DNA of 64,000 bases from an uncultured Gammaproteobacteria bacterium (GTDB taxonomy: Bacteria; Pseudomonadota; Gammaproteobacteria; UBA9214), in assembly GCA_963748215.1 (NCBI GenBank), contig CAVVHS010000007.1:320001-384000 (forward strand), read 5' to 3'. Below the pieces are notes generated by a model. The model saw nothing but the letters and a program-made list of their open reading frames with translations. It was not told the DNA's origin and did not search any database. The position numbers and the translations under genes are program-made. This document shows positions 28,813-37,849 of the stretch, in pieces (the first letter of the stretch is position 1; each line of letters opens with the position of its first letter).

Positions 28813-28898
28813 TAGATAATACTGATACTTAATTCCGAGCACATTACAGGGGCACTCCGTGCACCCCCGATAACCCACGTGGCTGTTGCAGTGTGCCC

Positions 28899-28926
28899 AA
28901 ATAAATCGGCGACCCGAAGGCCGCCG
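28899..28926 (-). terminator. Intrinsic terminator downstream of the VPLPA-CTERM gene
   Basis: cggcggcc-ttcg-ggtcgccg followed by atttattt on the minus strand. Confidence 0.6.
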
Positions 28927-28948
28927 CTGTTGAATCGGTTATAGCTAC

Positions 28949-29506
28949 TTACGCTTTCTTACGTCTGGATATTCCGACTAGCCATAAAAGGCCAGAGCCG
29001 AACAAATATGCCGCCGCGGGAATCGGCACGGTCGACAGGGTGGCAGTCAACGTCGAGGATGATGTTAGAATCGTTGAATCGTTGATAAGAGCTCCGTCTA
29101 TGGACAATAGCTGATTCGGGTTACCGCTCACGAAACCCAATCCTGAAGCCCCCACCCAGTTCCACGCTTGGCCGCTCGTAGAGGTGCTTCCACCGCCGGT
29201 AATAAATTGCTGGGTGTTGGTATCAAAATTGAAATTGAAAGTTGTGGTACTACCGTCCGTCAGGTTCCAAGTACCGATCAACTGAGTGTTGAGGTACGCT
29301 TCTAACATCAGTGTGTCGATACTGTTTTCATCAATCACACCCGTTCCGATCAGGCTATCACTGTAACTAAATGCGCCGCTCATGGTGTACCCATTGGCGC
29401 CGGCCCATGAAATGTCGAACGAGACTGCGCTGGATATGCCGGGCATAAACCCTGCTACGACCAGTCCCAGCGAGCAAACAATACCTAAAAGGCCTGATTT
29501 TTTCAT
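28949..29506 (-). CDS. VPLPA-CTERM (PEP-CTERM-like) sorting-domain surface protein
   Basis: Signal peptide; C-terminal VPIPAAAYLFGSGLLWLVGISRRKKA. Confidence 0.88.
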   Translation of the reverse strand: MKKSGLLGIVCSLGLVVAGFMPGISSAVSFDISWAGANGYTMSGAFSYSDSLIGTGVIDENSIDTLMLEAYLNTQLIGTWNLTDGSTTTFNFNFDTNTQQFITGGGSTSTSGQAWNWVGASGLGFVSGNPNQLLSIDGALINDSTILTSSSTLTATLSTVPIPAAAYLFGSGLLWLVGISRRKKA

Positions 29507-29885
29507 ACTGCATCATCCTCTAATACTATGTTGATGTTCACAAATTAGAATTCCAGAATTATTGATCTATTGTCAAAAGCCCCAGACCCATACAAAGCAA
29601 AGATATCCAAATGCATAGGGCTATGCTGTCATTGGCCCTCGGCCGAATAGCTCTCTTCAGCATCACTCTCATTTAGAAATACCCAATATACATTGAGTGA
29701 GCGTCTTTTAGAACTGTTTGCCAGAGCGTAAAAGTTCATAATGCAGACGGACTCACAATATTCGCACCGCATACCCGTCAAAAGAGTGAAGTGACATAAC
29801 TTTACATGTGACATGTAAAGAACTGTGTGTCTGAGATCGCAAATCTTTCCGATCACTAAGCGGTTGTTCGTATATATGGTGTTTA

Positions 29886-29974
29886 AACGTCTGAAAAGGG
29901 TCGTTCTTTGTCGTTAAGTCATTGTTTATATGCGCGGTTTATGTAGGGCCGGAATGGGATTTGTTCCAGACCTT
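29886..29974. repeat. Island boundary module (rightmost)
   Basis: aacgtctgaaaagggtcgttctttgtcgtt + 28-bp core + tagggccggaatgggatttgttccagacctt. Confidence 0.7.
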
Positions 29975-30177
29975 AACCTGTCGTTTAAGCAAGCGCAGAC
30001 TTTACCTCCGGAACGAGTCAGCACTGAGCTTTGATAAATCAACAGAAGTGCCTCACGAGAATGCCCTGGTAGCGGGCCGCTGTACTACAGCGCGGTCCGA
30101 TGTCGAGGGGGACTTGCACACAGGCGGGTAATTCGTCAGCAGCAGTGCCATCCCGGTGAACACCGCTACGCGCTGTC

Positions 30178-31125
30178 TCAGGCGGCGCTGCCGAGCCAGA
30201 AGCTCATGTCCTTGTCGAGGAATTCGTGCCAGGACATGTAGTGCGAGCCGTCGCAGGAGAAGGTCAGGCTGATCATGCCGTTGAAGATGTTGATCGAGGC
30301 CGAGCGCAGGTACAGCGTTTCGTCGGCCGTGCGCAGCTGGCGCATGCCGCGCAGGATGCTGCCGATCTTCTGCTGCGGAATCAGCGCATCCGTCGGCCAG
30401 AGACGGCGCGGGTAGAGCATGCAGATATCCGGGTCGCCGAGCGCCTCGTGGTCGAGGATGCGGTAGCGGTACGGGTCTTCCATGAACCACACGGTGGCGC
30501 GGCTGCTGGAGAAGTGGATCACGGCCTGGAACAGGCCGCGCTCGGTGAACAGTTCCTCGAATATGGCCATGGCCGGTTCCATGTTGCGGTCCATCACGCT
30601 GTCCACGCGGCATTGCTGGAACACCGTGCCGCGGATCGCGGGGTCGCCCTTGATCTGGCGCCAGGCGTCCGATTCCACGTAATGCGCGGCCGTGACCGGC
30701 AGGTCGCGCAGGTCAAAGTCGACGCCGATGTAGCCCAGCCGCTTACTGTCGTCGCACACCACCTTCAGCGCGGTCAGGGAGGGCCGGTTGGATCGCAGGC
30801 TCAGGTAGGCACCGGAGAGCAGCAGGCCGCACTCGGGCACGGCCTCGCGCATATAGGGGCGTTGCGAGCGGTCGCGGCCGAAGTGCTCCGGCAGCAGGCC
30901 GGTATGGCTGATGTTGTCGCTGATCTGGATGCCGTTGCTGTCCAGCGCATAGAAGAACATGCCGTAGGGTACACTGCGCAGCCCATCGCCCAGCACGATA
31001 TCGAGTTCCTCGCGCGATCCCCAAACGGGTACGCATTGTGTGGCAAGGTCTTGCAGCGGGACGGATAGTTCACTCTCCAGTGACTTGCGCTGGCGGGCGA
31101 CGGCGTCTTTCCAGGTATCTTTCAT
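30178..31125 (-). CDS. Soluble Cache/PDC-like sensor domain protein
   Basis: YALDSNGIQIS, DRSQRPY, LSGAYLS...PSLT, GVDFDL resemble a Cache/PDC fold. Confidence 0.65.
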   Translation of the reverse strand: MKDTWKDAVARQRKSLESELSVPLQDLATQCVPVWGSREELDIVLGDGLRSVPYGMFFYALDSNGIQISDNISHTGLLPEHFGRDRSQRPYMREAVPECGLLLSGAYLSLRSNRPSLTALKVVCDDSKRLGYIGVDFDLRDLPVTAAHYVESDAWRQIKGDPAIRGTVFQQCRVDSVMDRNMEPAMAIFEELFTERGLFQAVIHFSSSRATVWFMEDPYRYRILDHEALGDPDICMLYPRRLWPTDALIPQQKIGSILRGMRQLRTADETLYLRSASINIFNGMISLTFSCDGSHYMSWHEFLDKDMSFWLGSAA

Positions 31126-31209
31126 GGTGTTCGTCTGTCGGTGAAACGCAAATACCGCGGGTCAGGCAAGGCAGGGAATTTTATGCCCTCGACCAGCCAG
31201 CCGGCAAGT

Positions 31210-31896
31210 TCATGCATCGTCGGGTAAGACGATGGCGTCGAAGTCGCTGGCCTGCGGATGCGTGGCCGCCGGGTCCGGTGTCGCATCACGCACCAGCCAG
31301 GTGGTATGCATGCCGGCCGTGCGCGCGGCATCCAGTTCCTCGCGGATATCGGACAGGAACAGGATGCCCCGCGCCGGCAGGTCGATGTCGGCGGCAATCG
31401 CGGTGTAGGCGGCCGGGTCGCGCTTGTTGCCGATGCGCGTGTCGTAGTAGCCGGAGAACAGCGGGGTCAGGTCGCCCGCGTCGCTGTGGGCGAACAGCAG
31501 CTGCTGGGCCTGCACCGAGCCGGACGAGAACACGTACAGGCGCAGGCCGCTGCCGCTCCAGCGTTCGAGCGCCTTGACCGCATCCGGGTAGACATGTCCG
31601 GTGAAATCGCCCTTGGCGTAGCCGGCTTCCCAGATCATGCCCTGCAGGGCCTTGAGCGGTGTGATCTTCTCGTCCGCGTCGATCCAGGCGATAAGCTGCG
31701 CGACGATGCCGTCCAGGTCGAGTTCCGTGCCGGTCAGCTGGCGCACGTCGTTCAGCTGGGATGCCACGCGCGGGTCCTCGGCATTGTCGCGCACGAATGC
31801 CGCGATGTGCGCACGGGCATAGGGAAACAGCACGTCGTGCACGAAGCGCAGCGAGGAGGTGGTGCCCTCGATATCGGTAAGGATGGCGCGGATCAT
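31210..31896 (-). CDS. mtnC: Enolase-phosphatase E1 (acireductone synthase)
   Basis: AILTDIEGTTSS, LFPYA, LKALQGMIW, SSGSVQAQ, FLSD. Confidence 0.95.
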   Translation of the reverse strand: MIRAILTDIEGTTSSLRFVHDVLFPYARAHIAAFVRDNAEDPRVASQLNDVRQLTGTELDLDGIVAQLIAWIDADEKITPLKALQGMIWEAGYAKGDFTGHVYPDAVKALERWSGSGLRLYVFSSGSVQAQQLLFAHSDAGDLTPLFSGYYDTRIGNKRDPAAYTAIAADIDLPARGILFLSDIREELDAARTAGMHTTWLVRDATPDPAATHPQASDFDAIVLPDDA

Positions 31897-32453
31897 GCGT
31901 GCTGCGCGACGTAGCTGTCGAAGTCGGGGAAGCGCGCGGCGATATTCGAGCCGGTGAAATCTCCGACCCAGCCTTCCGGCGCGGTGAAGAAGCGGATGCA
32001 CTTGAAAAACGGGCGTGTGCCCATGTCGAACCAGTGCGTGGTGTTGGCAGGCACACTGATCAGGTCGCCGCGCTCGCACAGTACCATGTAGATGCGGTCA
32101 CCGATGTGCAGGTAGAACAGGCCGCTACCGTCGACGAAAAAGCGCACCTCGAAATCCGCATGGGTATGTTCAGCGAGAAACTTGCTGCGCAGCGCAGTGG
32201 CATCGGGGTGCTCCGGCGTCAGACTGACAACGTCGATAGAGCGGAAGCCATAGCGCGCGTTGAGGACCGAAACGGAATGGCGGTAGGCGTCCAGCACGGT
32301 GTCCTGGTCGGCATCGGCTGCCAGTTTCCGGTCGGCCTGCCAGTGTTCGAACTCGACCCCGATGGCCTGCAGCCGCTCCGTGATGGCGGCGTGGTCGGTC
32401 CAGGTTTCCGCCGGGCCGTTGCCGTCGGCGGGAGCTATGGTCAGTGTTGTCAT
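31893..32453 (-). CDS. mtnD: Acireductone dioxygenase
   Basis: FLAEHTHADFEVRFF, GDLISVPANTTHWF. Confidence 0.95.
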   Translation of the reverse strand: MTTLTIAPADGNGPAETWTDHAAITERLQAIGVEFEHWQADRKLAADADQDTVLDAYRHSVSVLNARYGFRSIDVVSLTPEHPDATALRSKFLAEHTHADFEVRFFVDGSGLFYLHIGDRIYMVLCERGDLISVPANTTHWFDMGTRPFFKCIRFFTAPEGWVGDFTGSNIAARFPDFDSYVAQHA

Positions 32454-33088
32454 GGTCGTTTCACTCCCTGCAGTCGCAGTTCGCATTCAAACAGAAATTC
32501 CAGAGCCTCGACATGACGCAGCGTGTCGTCGACGCTGGCACCCCAGGTATAGAAGCCGTGGCCGCTGATCAGGTAAGCGGGCACCGGGTCGTGCACGTCC
32601 ATCCAGGCGTCGACCTGTTGCGCGAGGCGTCCGATGTCCTGGTCGTTGGGAAAGTTGGGTATCACCACCTCGCAGTCGTGGGTGTCGATGCCGGGCAGCG
32701 CCTTCAGCAACTCGTAGCCGCGCAGTACGCACGGCCCGCTGTCGAGACGCGACAGCAGGGTGGCGCTGGCCGGGTGCGGGTGCAGCACGGCATTGCAGTC
32801 CGGAAAGCGGCGGTAGAGCTGCACGTGCAGTGCGGTTTCCGCCGAGGAACGGCGGCCGTCCAGCGTATGCCCGTCGGCATCGATCAGCATCAGCTGCAAT
32901 GCGTCGAGCTTGCCCTTGTGCGCGCCGGACACGGTGATGAGGATGTCGCCGTTTGACAGCCGCGCCGAAAAATTACCGCTGGTGGCCGGTACCATGCCGC
33001 GTGCATACAGTTCCCGCCCGGCGGTGAGCAGTTCCTCGGTACGCGCGGTGATCTCCGGGCTGGCGTGTCGCGCCGCGGACATGCTCAT
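32450..33088 (-). CDS. mtnB: Methylthioribulose-1-phosphate dehydratase
   Basis: PATSGNFS, SAETALH, VLHPH, GHGFYTWG, EALEFL. Confidence 0.95.
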   Translation of the reverse strand: MSMSAARHASPEITARTEELLTAGRELYARGMVPATSGNFSARLSNGDILITVSGAHKGKLDALQLMLIDADGHTLDGRRSSAETALHVQLYRRFPDCNAVLHPHPASATLLSRLDSGPCVLRGYELLKALPGIDTHDCEVVIPNFPNDQDIGRLAQQVDAWMDVHDPVPAYLISGHGFYTWGASVDDTLRHVEALEFLFECELRLQGVKRP

Positions 33089-33104
33089 GCTGCCCGGCCA
33101 GTGC

Positions 33105-33599
33105 TCAGCCGCAGCATTTCTTGTACTTCTTGCCGCTGCCGCACGGGCAGGGATCGTTGCGCCCGACCTTGGGAGCATCGCGACGGATCTGGCCGGGACC
33201 GACCATCTTGCCGTCGTGGAAATACCAGGTATCGCCGACCTTGCGGAACTCGGCACGCTCGTGGTGCACGATCTTCTCGCCCTTGCGCCGGTAGGTGGCC
33301 CTGAATTCGACCATACCGGTGCTGCTGCCCGCGGGCATGTCGGACACATCGACGATTTCCAGGTTCTCCCACTGCGATTCCTTTGCCCAGCGCGCGGCGC
33401 CGGCCTCGTCGTAGTCGTGGCGCTGGTCCGGGTGCAGCGTCGCGGCAAGGTATGGCATGATCTGCATGGCATAGGCGGTGTAGCGCGAGCGCATCAGCGC
33501 TTCGGGGTCGGGTGCCTTGCGCGCGCCGCTGATGTAGGGCTCGCAGCAGGCCGTGTAATCCAGGCCGGAGTTGCAGGGGCAGGTCGTGATGTCGTTCAT
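33105..33599 (-). CDS. ychJ: YchJ family SEC-C motif protein
   Basis: [37 protein letters not shown]. Confidence 0.92.
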   Translation of the reverse strand: MNDITTCPCNSGLDYTACCEPYISGARKAPDPEALMRSRYTAYAMQIMPYLAATLHPDQRHDYDEAGAARWAKESQWENLEIVDVSDMPAGSSTGMVEFRATYRRKGEKIVHHERAEFRKVGDTWYFHDGKMVGPGQIRRDAPKVGRNDPCPCGSGKKYKKCCG

Positions 33600-33669
33600 A
33601 CCGGGTCCTTTGTCATGAGGGCGCTAATATAGCAAATTTGCCGCGGGCAATGTGGGAGGGTGACAGGTT

Positions 33670-34296
33670 TTGCAGGCGATTCTGTACTACGCGCACGACC
33701 CCATGTGCAGCTGGTGCTGGGGGTTCGCGCCGGTGTTGCGCGCGCTGGAGTCGGACCTGCCGGACGGTATCGTCCTGCAACGCCTGCTGGGCGGGCTCGC
33801 GCCCGACACCGACGCGACCATGGCGGAGGAGATGCAGCAGCGGATCCAGTCCACCTGGCGGCGGATCGAGGAGACCATCCCGGGTACGGAATTCAATTTC
33901 GATTACTGGACCCGTTGCGTGCCGCGCCGCTCGACCTGGGCATCCTGCCGTGCAGTGATCGCCGCGCGCCTGCAAGGTGCCGAAAACGACAAGCGGATGA
34001 CCGCGGCCATCCAGCGCGCCTATTACACGCAGGCACGCGACCCGTCCGACGCGGCGGTGCTGGTGGAGCTGGCGCAGGAGCTGGGACTGGACGGGGCGCG
34101 CTTTGCCGATGACCTGGACAGCGCGGCGACCCGCGCGCAGCTGGATGAGGAAATGCAGCGCTGCGAGGCATTGCGCATTTACAGTTTTCCTGCCCTGGTG
34201 CTCGCAGCCGGCGAATCGCAATGGCACATACCCGTGGACTACCGCGACAGCATACCGATGCTGGGACTGGTCCATGACTTGCTCGAGATCGACTGA
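33670..34296 (+). CDS. DsbA/FrnE-like thioredoxin-fold protein
   Basis: HDPMCSWCWGF, LGGLAP, SFP. Confidence 0.88.
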   Translation: MQAILYYAHDPMCSWCWGFAPVLRALESDLPDGIVLQRLLGGLAPDTDATMAEEMQQRIQSTWRRIEETIPGTEFNFDYWTRCVPRRSTWASCRAVIAARLQGAENDKRMTAAIQRAYYTQARDPSDAAVLVELAQELGLDGARFADDLDSAATRAQLDEEMQRCEALRIYSFPALVLAAGESQWHIPVDYRDSIPMLGLVHDLLEID

Positions 34297-34315
34297 CCGA
34301 CAGGTATCCAAGCGA

Positions 34316-34573
34316 ATGGACATTCAACACGAATCACAGCGGCAACGCTTCGTCGTCACCATGGACGGCCTGGAATCCGTGCTGGAGTACCGGCTGCGCG
34401 ATGACAGTATCGACTTTACCCGCACCTTCGTGCCCGAGGCGCTGCGTGGACGCGGTATCGCCGAGAAGCTGGTGCGCACCGGGATCGCCTGGGCGCGCGA
34501 GCAGGGCTACGCCATGCAGGCCAGCTGCTGGTATGCAAAGCGGTTTCTCGAACGCGGCCGCAAGGGTGGGTGA
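34316..34573 (+). CDS. Small GNAT (YjdJ-like)
   Basis: TFVPEALRGRGIA...SCWYA. Confidence 0.88.
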   Translation: MDIQHESQRQRFVVTMDGLESVLEYRLRDDSIDFTRTFVPEALRGRGIAEKLVRTGIAWAREQGYAMQASCWYAKRFLERGRKGG

Positions 34574-35070
34574 GACACGGCCGGCGCTGCCGTGCCCCGG
34601 CTGGGTCAACTGGATTGCCCAGGACGCCAGTGGCGTGTGGTGGGGTAAGCCCGCAGTTCTCACAGGGCGGCGTTGAGAGCGCATTTCCTGTTGAAGAAAT
34701 TGAGAGAGTGCAAAATATGCTCAGCAGGTAGTGCTTCATAACGCTGCCTATCCCGGCCCTGGCTGGTCCTCGTGCACCTGGACTTGCGATGTACAGGGAT
34801 GTTCAAGTGTCGCGTGAGACAGGAAGTCGGGAGCGACCTCTTCACTCAAGTGGTAGCTGCGGCTACCACTTTCGCTCCAGAGCTGCGTCCAGGCACACGA
34901 TTACTGCGCCAGCATCCGTGATCCCTGTGAGAACTCCGGGCTACACTGTCGAGCCGTTGCGCTGCGACACCGGCTGGTACGAGAACGAGGTCGGTCGCTG
35001 CATACGGCTTGGGACCGGCGATCCGGCCGGCTGGGAGCATTCGCTGCAGCGCGTGACGGTCAGGGCCTGA
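34566..35070 (+). pseudogene. 69-aa Trp-rich small gene interrupted by MITE copy 3
   Basis: Deleting 34646-34940 gives MGETRPALPCPGWVNWIAQDASGVWWGYTVEPLRCDTGWYENEVGRCIRLGTGDPAGWEHSLQRVTVRA in frame. Confidence 0.75.
34646..34944. mobile_element. MITE-like element, family A copy 3 (~299 bp, diverged)
   Basis: TIRs agcccgcagttctcacaggg / ccctgtgagaactccgggct; interior aligns with copy 1 plus a 51-bp insert. Confidence 0.8.
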
Positions 35071-35812
35071 TTTCAACCTGTGTCGGCAGTCCCGCACGCA
35101 GCACGCTGTCGCCCGGGTCGAAGGCAATCGTCAGGGTGTAAAGACCGTTGTTGTCGGGCTCCGCACCGATGTGCTGAATGCTGCCCTCAAAGCGTGTGTC
35201 GTTCATGTTCACTATCACGGCCTGCCCGGAACGGAAGCCTGCCAGGTTGGCCGCGTCGATCCGGGCCAGTGCATGCATGGGCCGGTCCTGCGCGAGCGTG
35301 ACGAGCGGGGTTGCCTGTTGCGTGTTGATGACGGCCATGCCGGTGCTGACGTCCACTGCCAGCACGAGCCCGGCGAACGGGGCGTGCAGGGTGCTGTATT
35401 CCATGTTCAGCTTTGCCGCGTTGTGGGCCGCGAGGGCACTCGAATAGTCGGATTGCGCGGTGGCGAAGGCGATCTCTTCCAGCTCCAGGTCATGCACCGA
35501 GATCACCGTGCGTTCGTACAGTTCGCGGGTGCGTTCCAGTTCGCGCCGGGCCTCGTCGCGGTTGAGTTCCTGCTTGCGCAGCTGCGCCCCGGCGTCAGCC
35601 AGCGCGGTCGCAAACGGGCGCTGGTCGAGTTGCAACAGCGGTTGCCCGGCGCTGACATGCTCGCCGGGGCTGACGGCCACGGAACTGATCACGCCGGAGA
35701 CCGGCGTGCTCAGTACCGCCCGCTGAGACCAGTCCAGCACGGCAGGGAAGTCCGCGGCCGCGGCCGTCGTTACCTGTGCGAGAAGCGCGAGACTAGCGAA
35801 ATGTCGTTTCAT
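35060..35812 (-). CDS. Efflux membrane fusion (periplasmic adaptor) protein
   Basis: LSTPVSGVI..V.V.PG..V..GQPL lipoyl half, helical hairpin, LHAPFAG. Confidence 0.88.
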   Translation of the reverse strand: MKRHFASLALLAQVTTAAAADFPAVLDWSQRAVLSTPVSGVISSVAVSPGEHVSAGQPLLQLDQRPFATALADAGAQLRKQELNRDEARRELERTRELYERTVISVHDLELEEIAFATAQSDYSSALAAHNAAKLNMEYSTLHAPFAGLVLAVDVSTGMAVINTQQATPLVTLAQDRPMHALARIDAANLAGFRSGQAVIVNMNDTRFEGSIQHIGAEPDNNGLYTLTIAFDPGDSVLRAGLPTQVEIRP

Positions 35813-37145
35813 GGTGGTCGGGTCCGGGTTGTGCTGTTGACGTGGTTTCGATCCAGGGTGACCAGGGTTCACCGGTGAGTGCGGCCAGTCGCGCCCAGTT
35901 GAGCGCGAGGGCGAATTCCGTCTGCGCATGCAGCAGCGCCGACTCGGACTGCCCGACCAGGGCATCGCCGAAATCGGTCTTCAGTTCCAGCTCATACTCG
36001 GCCTGCGCGCGGTCGAAATTCAGCGCGCGCGAGCGGGTGAAGATCTCCACCTGTTCGCGCTGCGCCTGCAGGGTCTGGATATCGAGCCAGATCTCCAGCA
36101 GGCGCTGGCGCAGCTCGTACTCCCGCTGGCGTAACTCTGCTGTCAGCCGGTACACCTCGGCCTGGGCGTGCGCCACCTCGGCGTCGACACGCCCGCCGTC
36201 GTAAAGCGGGATCTCCAGGCGCAGTTCGGCCTCGAGCGGATTGCGTGACCCGACACTGCGTTCGTTGGCGGCTGCCCCCAGCGCGGCGCTCAGCACCGGG
36301 CGCTTGCCGACGCGCTGCGCGCGAACCTGCAGGCGAGCGGCCTCCAGGTCCGCGCGCAATGACAATACACTCGGGTTTGCGGCCAGCATTGCCTCGACCA
36401 GCTGTTCGTGCTCTGGCAACGGCCGGTCATTGCCCGTCAGGTCCGGCTGAACCAGGCCGGAAGGCAGCTGTCCAGGGCGGTCGAGCAGCTGGGCCAGCAG
36501 GGCGCGTGTGCTGCGCTGGCGCGCCTGCGAGCGGCTGCGCCGCATGCGGAATTCCTGGTACCGGGTTTCCTGTGCCAGCAGGTCGATGTCCGAGAGCTGC
36601 CCGAGTTCATTGCGATCACGGCTGCGGTCGGCCTGTACGTAGGCGACTGCCATGGCCTCGTTGTCGCGAGCGAACTCGAGATCGGCCAGCAGGACGTCGA
36701 AGAAGGCCTGCATGATGGCGATGCGATGGCGCAGCAGTTCGGCATCGTTGTGCAACTGCCCGCCCGTGACATTGGTCGCTGCGGCCGACTCGAGTGCCCG
36801 GGTATGGCCAAAATCGTAAAGCCGCTTGCGTGCGAACAGGATGGCGCGGGAGTCGTTGTTGCTCTGGTCGTCGGCGGTGGAAGGCGGGTCGACAACCCGG
36901 GCCTCCAGGGCGGCGCCGATGTCGATGGCATCACGCGCCGCGATGCGGTCCGCATCCGCCTCCAGTTGTGCCAGCCGTGCGCGGCTCAGCGCCAGCGCCG
37001 GGTGGTCCGCGCCCGCCAGACGCAGTGCGTCATCGAGCGTGAGCGGTTCGGGCAGCGGATCGGCGGCCTGCGCCTGCGCGCATGACAGCAGCAGGATCAC
37101 CGCCGCCCGGGGCCAGCTTCGGCCGTTAGCCGTCCGGGTCGTCAT
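35793..37145 (-). CDS. TolC-family outer membrane efflux protein
   Basis: Signal peptide, LTLDDAL, LYDFG, IPLYDGG duplicated OEP pattern. Confidence 0.88.
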   Translation of the reverse strand: MTTRTANGRSWPRAAVILLLSCAQAQAADPLPEPLTLDDALRLAGADHPALALSRARLAQLEADADRIAARDAIDIGAALEARVVDPPSTADDQSNNDSRAILFARKRLYDFGHTRALESAAATNVTGGQLHNDAELLRHRIAIMQAFFDVLLADLEFARDNEAMAVAYVQADRSRDRNELGQLSDIDLLAQETRYQEFRMRRSRSQARQRSTRALLAQLLDRPGQLPSGLVQPDLTGNDRPLPEHEQLVEAMLAANPSVLSLRADLEAARLQVRAQRVGKRPVLSAALGAAANERSVGSRNPLEAELRLEIPLYDGGRVDAEVAHAQAEVYRLTAELRQREYELRQRLLEIWLDIQTLQAQREQVEIFTRSRALNFDRAQAEYELELKTDFGDALVGQSESALLHAQTEFALALNWARLAALTGEPWSPWIETTSTAQPGPDHHETTFR

Positions 37146-37684
37146 CCGTTCGCGTCTTGCTTGCGCCTGTCGCGTTTGTAGGCTGTGAAACTTTGCGTGC
37201 GATAGTGGCCGTCGACGACGTATTCGCCGAGCCAGAGAAATTCCTGCATATCGCCGGTCGGACCGGTATGGCGGGCGATCAGGTTGCCGTCGAGGTCGAA
37301 GAAGGCGAATACCGGTGTCGCACGTACGTTGAATTGCCTGAATGCGAAATCCTTTTGCGTGGACTGCACGCCCTTGAAGTCGGTGATTTCCAGGTCACCC
37401 TCGATGTCTACGCTGAAGATGCGAAAGTGCTTGCGGAAGTAGTCCTGCACCTCTGGCTGGTTGAGCACGGTGGTCTTCATGCGATAACAGAACGGGCAGT
37501 CCTCCTGTTCGAAGAACAGCAGGATCGCCTGTTTTTGTTCCTCGCGCGCCAGGCCGAGCTCTTCGTGGAAGTTGCCGAAGGTCTCCTGGAAGAAGAACTC
37601 GTCGGGATCACGTGCCGTGTCACCGGCCTGTGTCAGCGACAGGGTAAACACGCCGAGCAGCAGTATCATTAGCCTGGGTATCAT
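37142..37684 (-). CDS. Exported thioredoxin-fold protein (SoxW-like)
   Basis: FFEQEDCPFCYRMK, VRATPVFAF; signal peptide. Confidence 0.8.
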   Translation of the reverse strand: MIPRLMILLLGVFTLSLTQAGDTARDPDEFFFQETFGNFHEELGLAREEQKQAILLFFEQEDCPFCYRMKTTVLNQPEVQDYFRKHFRIFSVDIEGDLEITDFKGVQSTQKDFAFRQFNVRATPVFAFFDLDGNLIARHTGPTGDMQEFLWLGEYVVDGHYRTQSFTAYKRDRRKQDANG

Positions 37685-37849
37685 GCTGGTTACCTTGTTT
37701 GCCGGGGCAGCCTCGGCTGTCTGGTGCAATCTAATGTCCGGCTATCGTCCGGTCAATACGACGCGTGACCGCCGGTCACAAGAGATGAGACAGCCGTCAT
37801 GGCCTGCGGTTCAGCAGGCGCGGGCAGGGCAGGGAGCAGCCGGCCGGGT

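Noticed and set aside
29590-29820. Sigma-54 promoter and PEP-CTERM enhancer box upstream of the VPLPA-CTERM gene
   Set aside because: TTTACA/TGTAAA words are present, but the GG/GC spacing of the candidate -24/-12 element is wrong
29916-29954. True chromosomal dif site
   Set aside because: Only TTATGT matches the XerD arm; kept solely as a weak hypothesis for the module core
20584-29974. Classical integron/attC array or prophage
   Set aside because: No intI or phage genes; modules lack canonical R boxes and the attC hairpin; cargo lies in both orientations with long leaders
18610-30140. att-like direct repeat at the island edges (gggtaaggaattcgt vs gggtaattcgt)
   Set aside because: Too short and gapped to distinguish from chance; no tRNA or integrase adjacent
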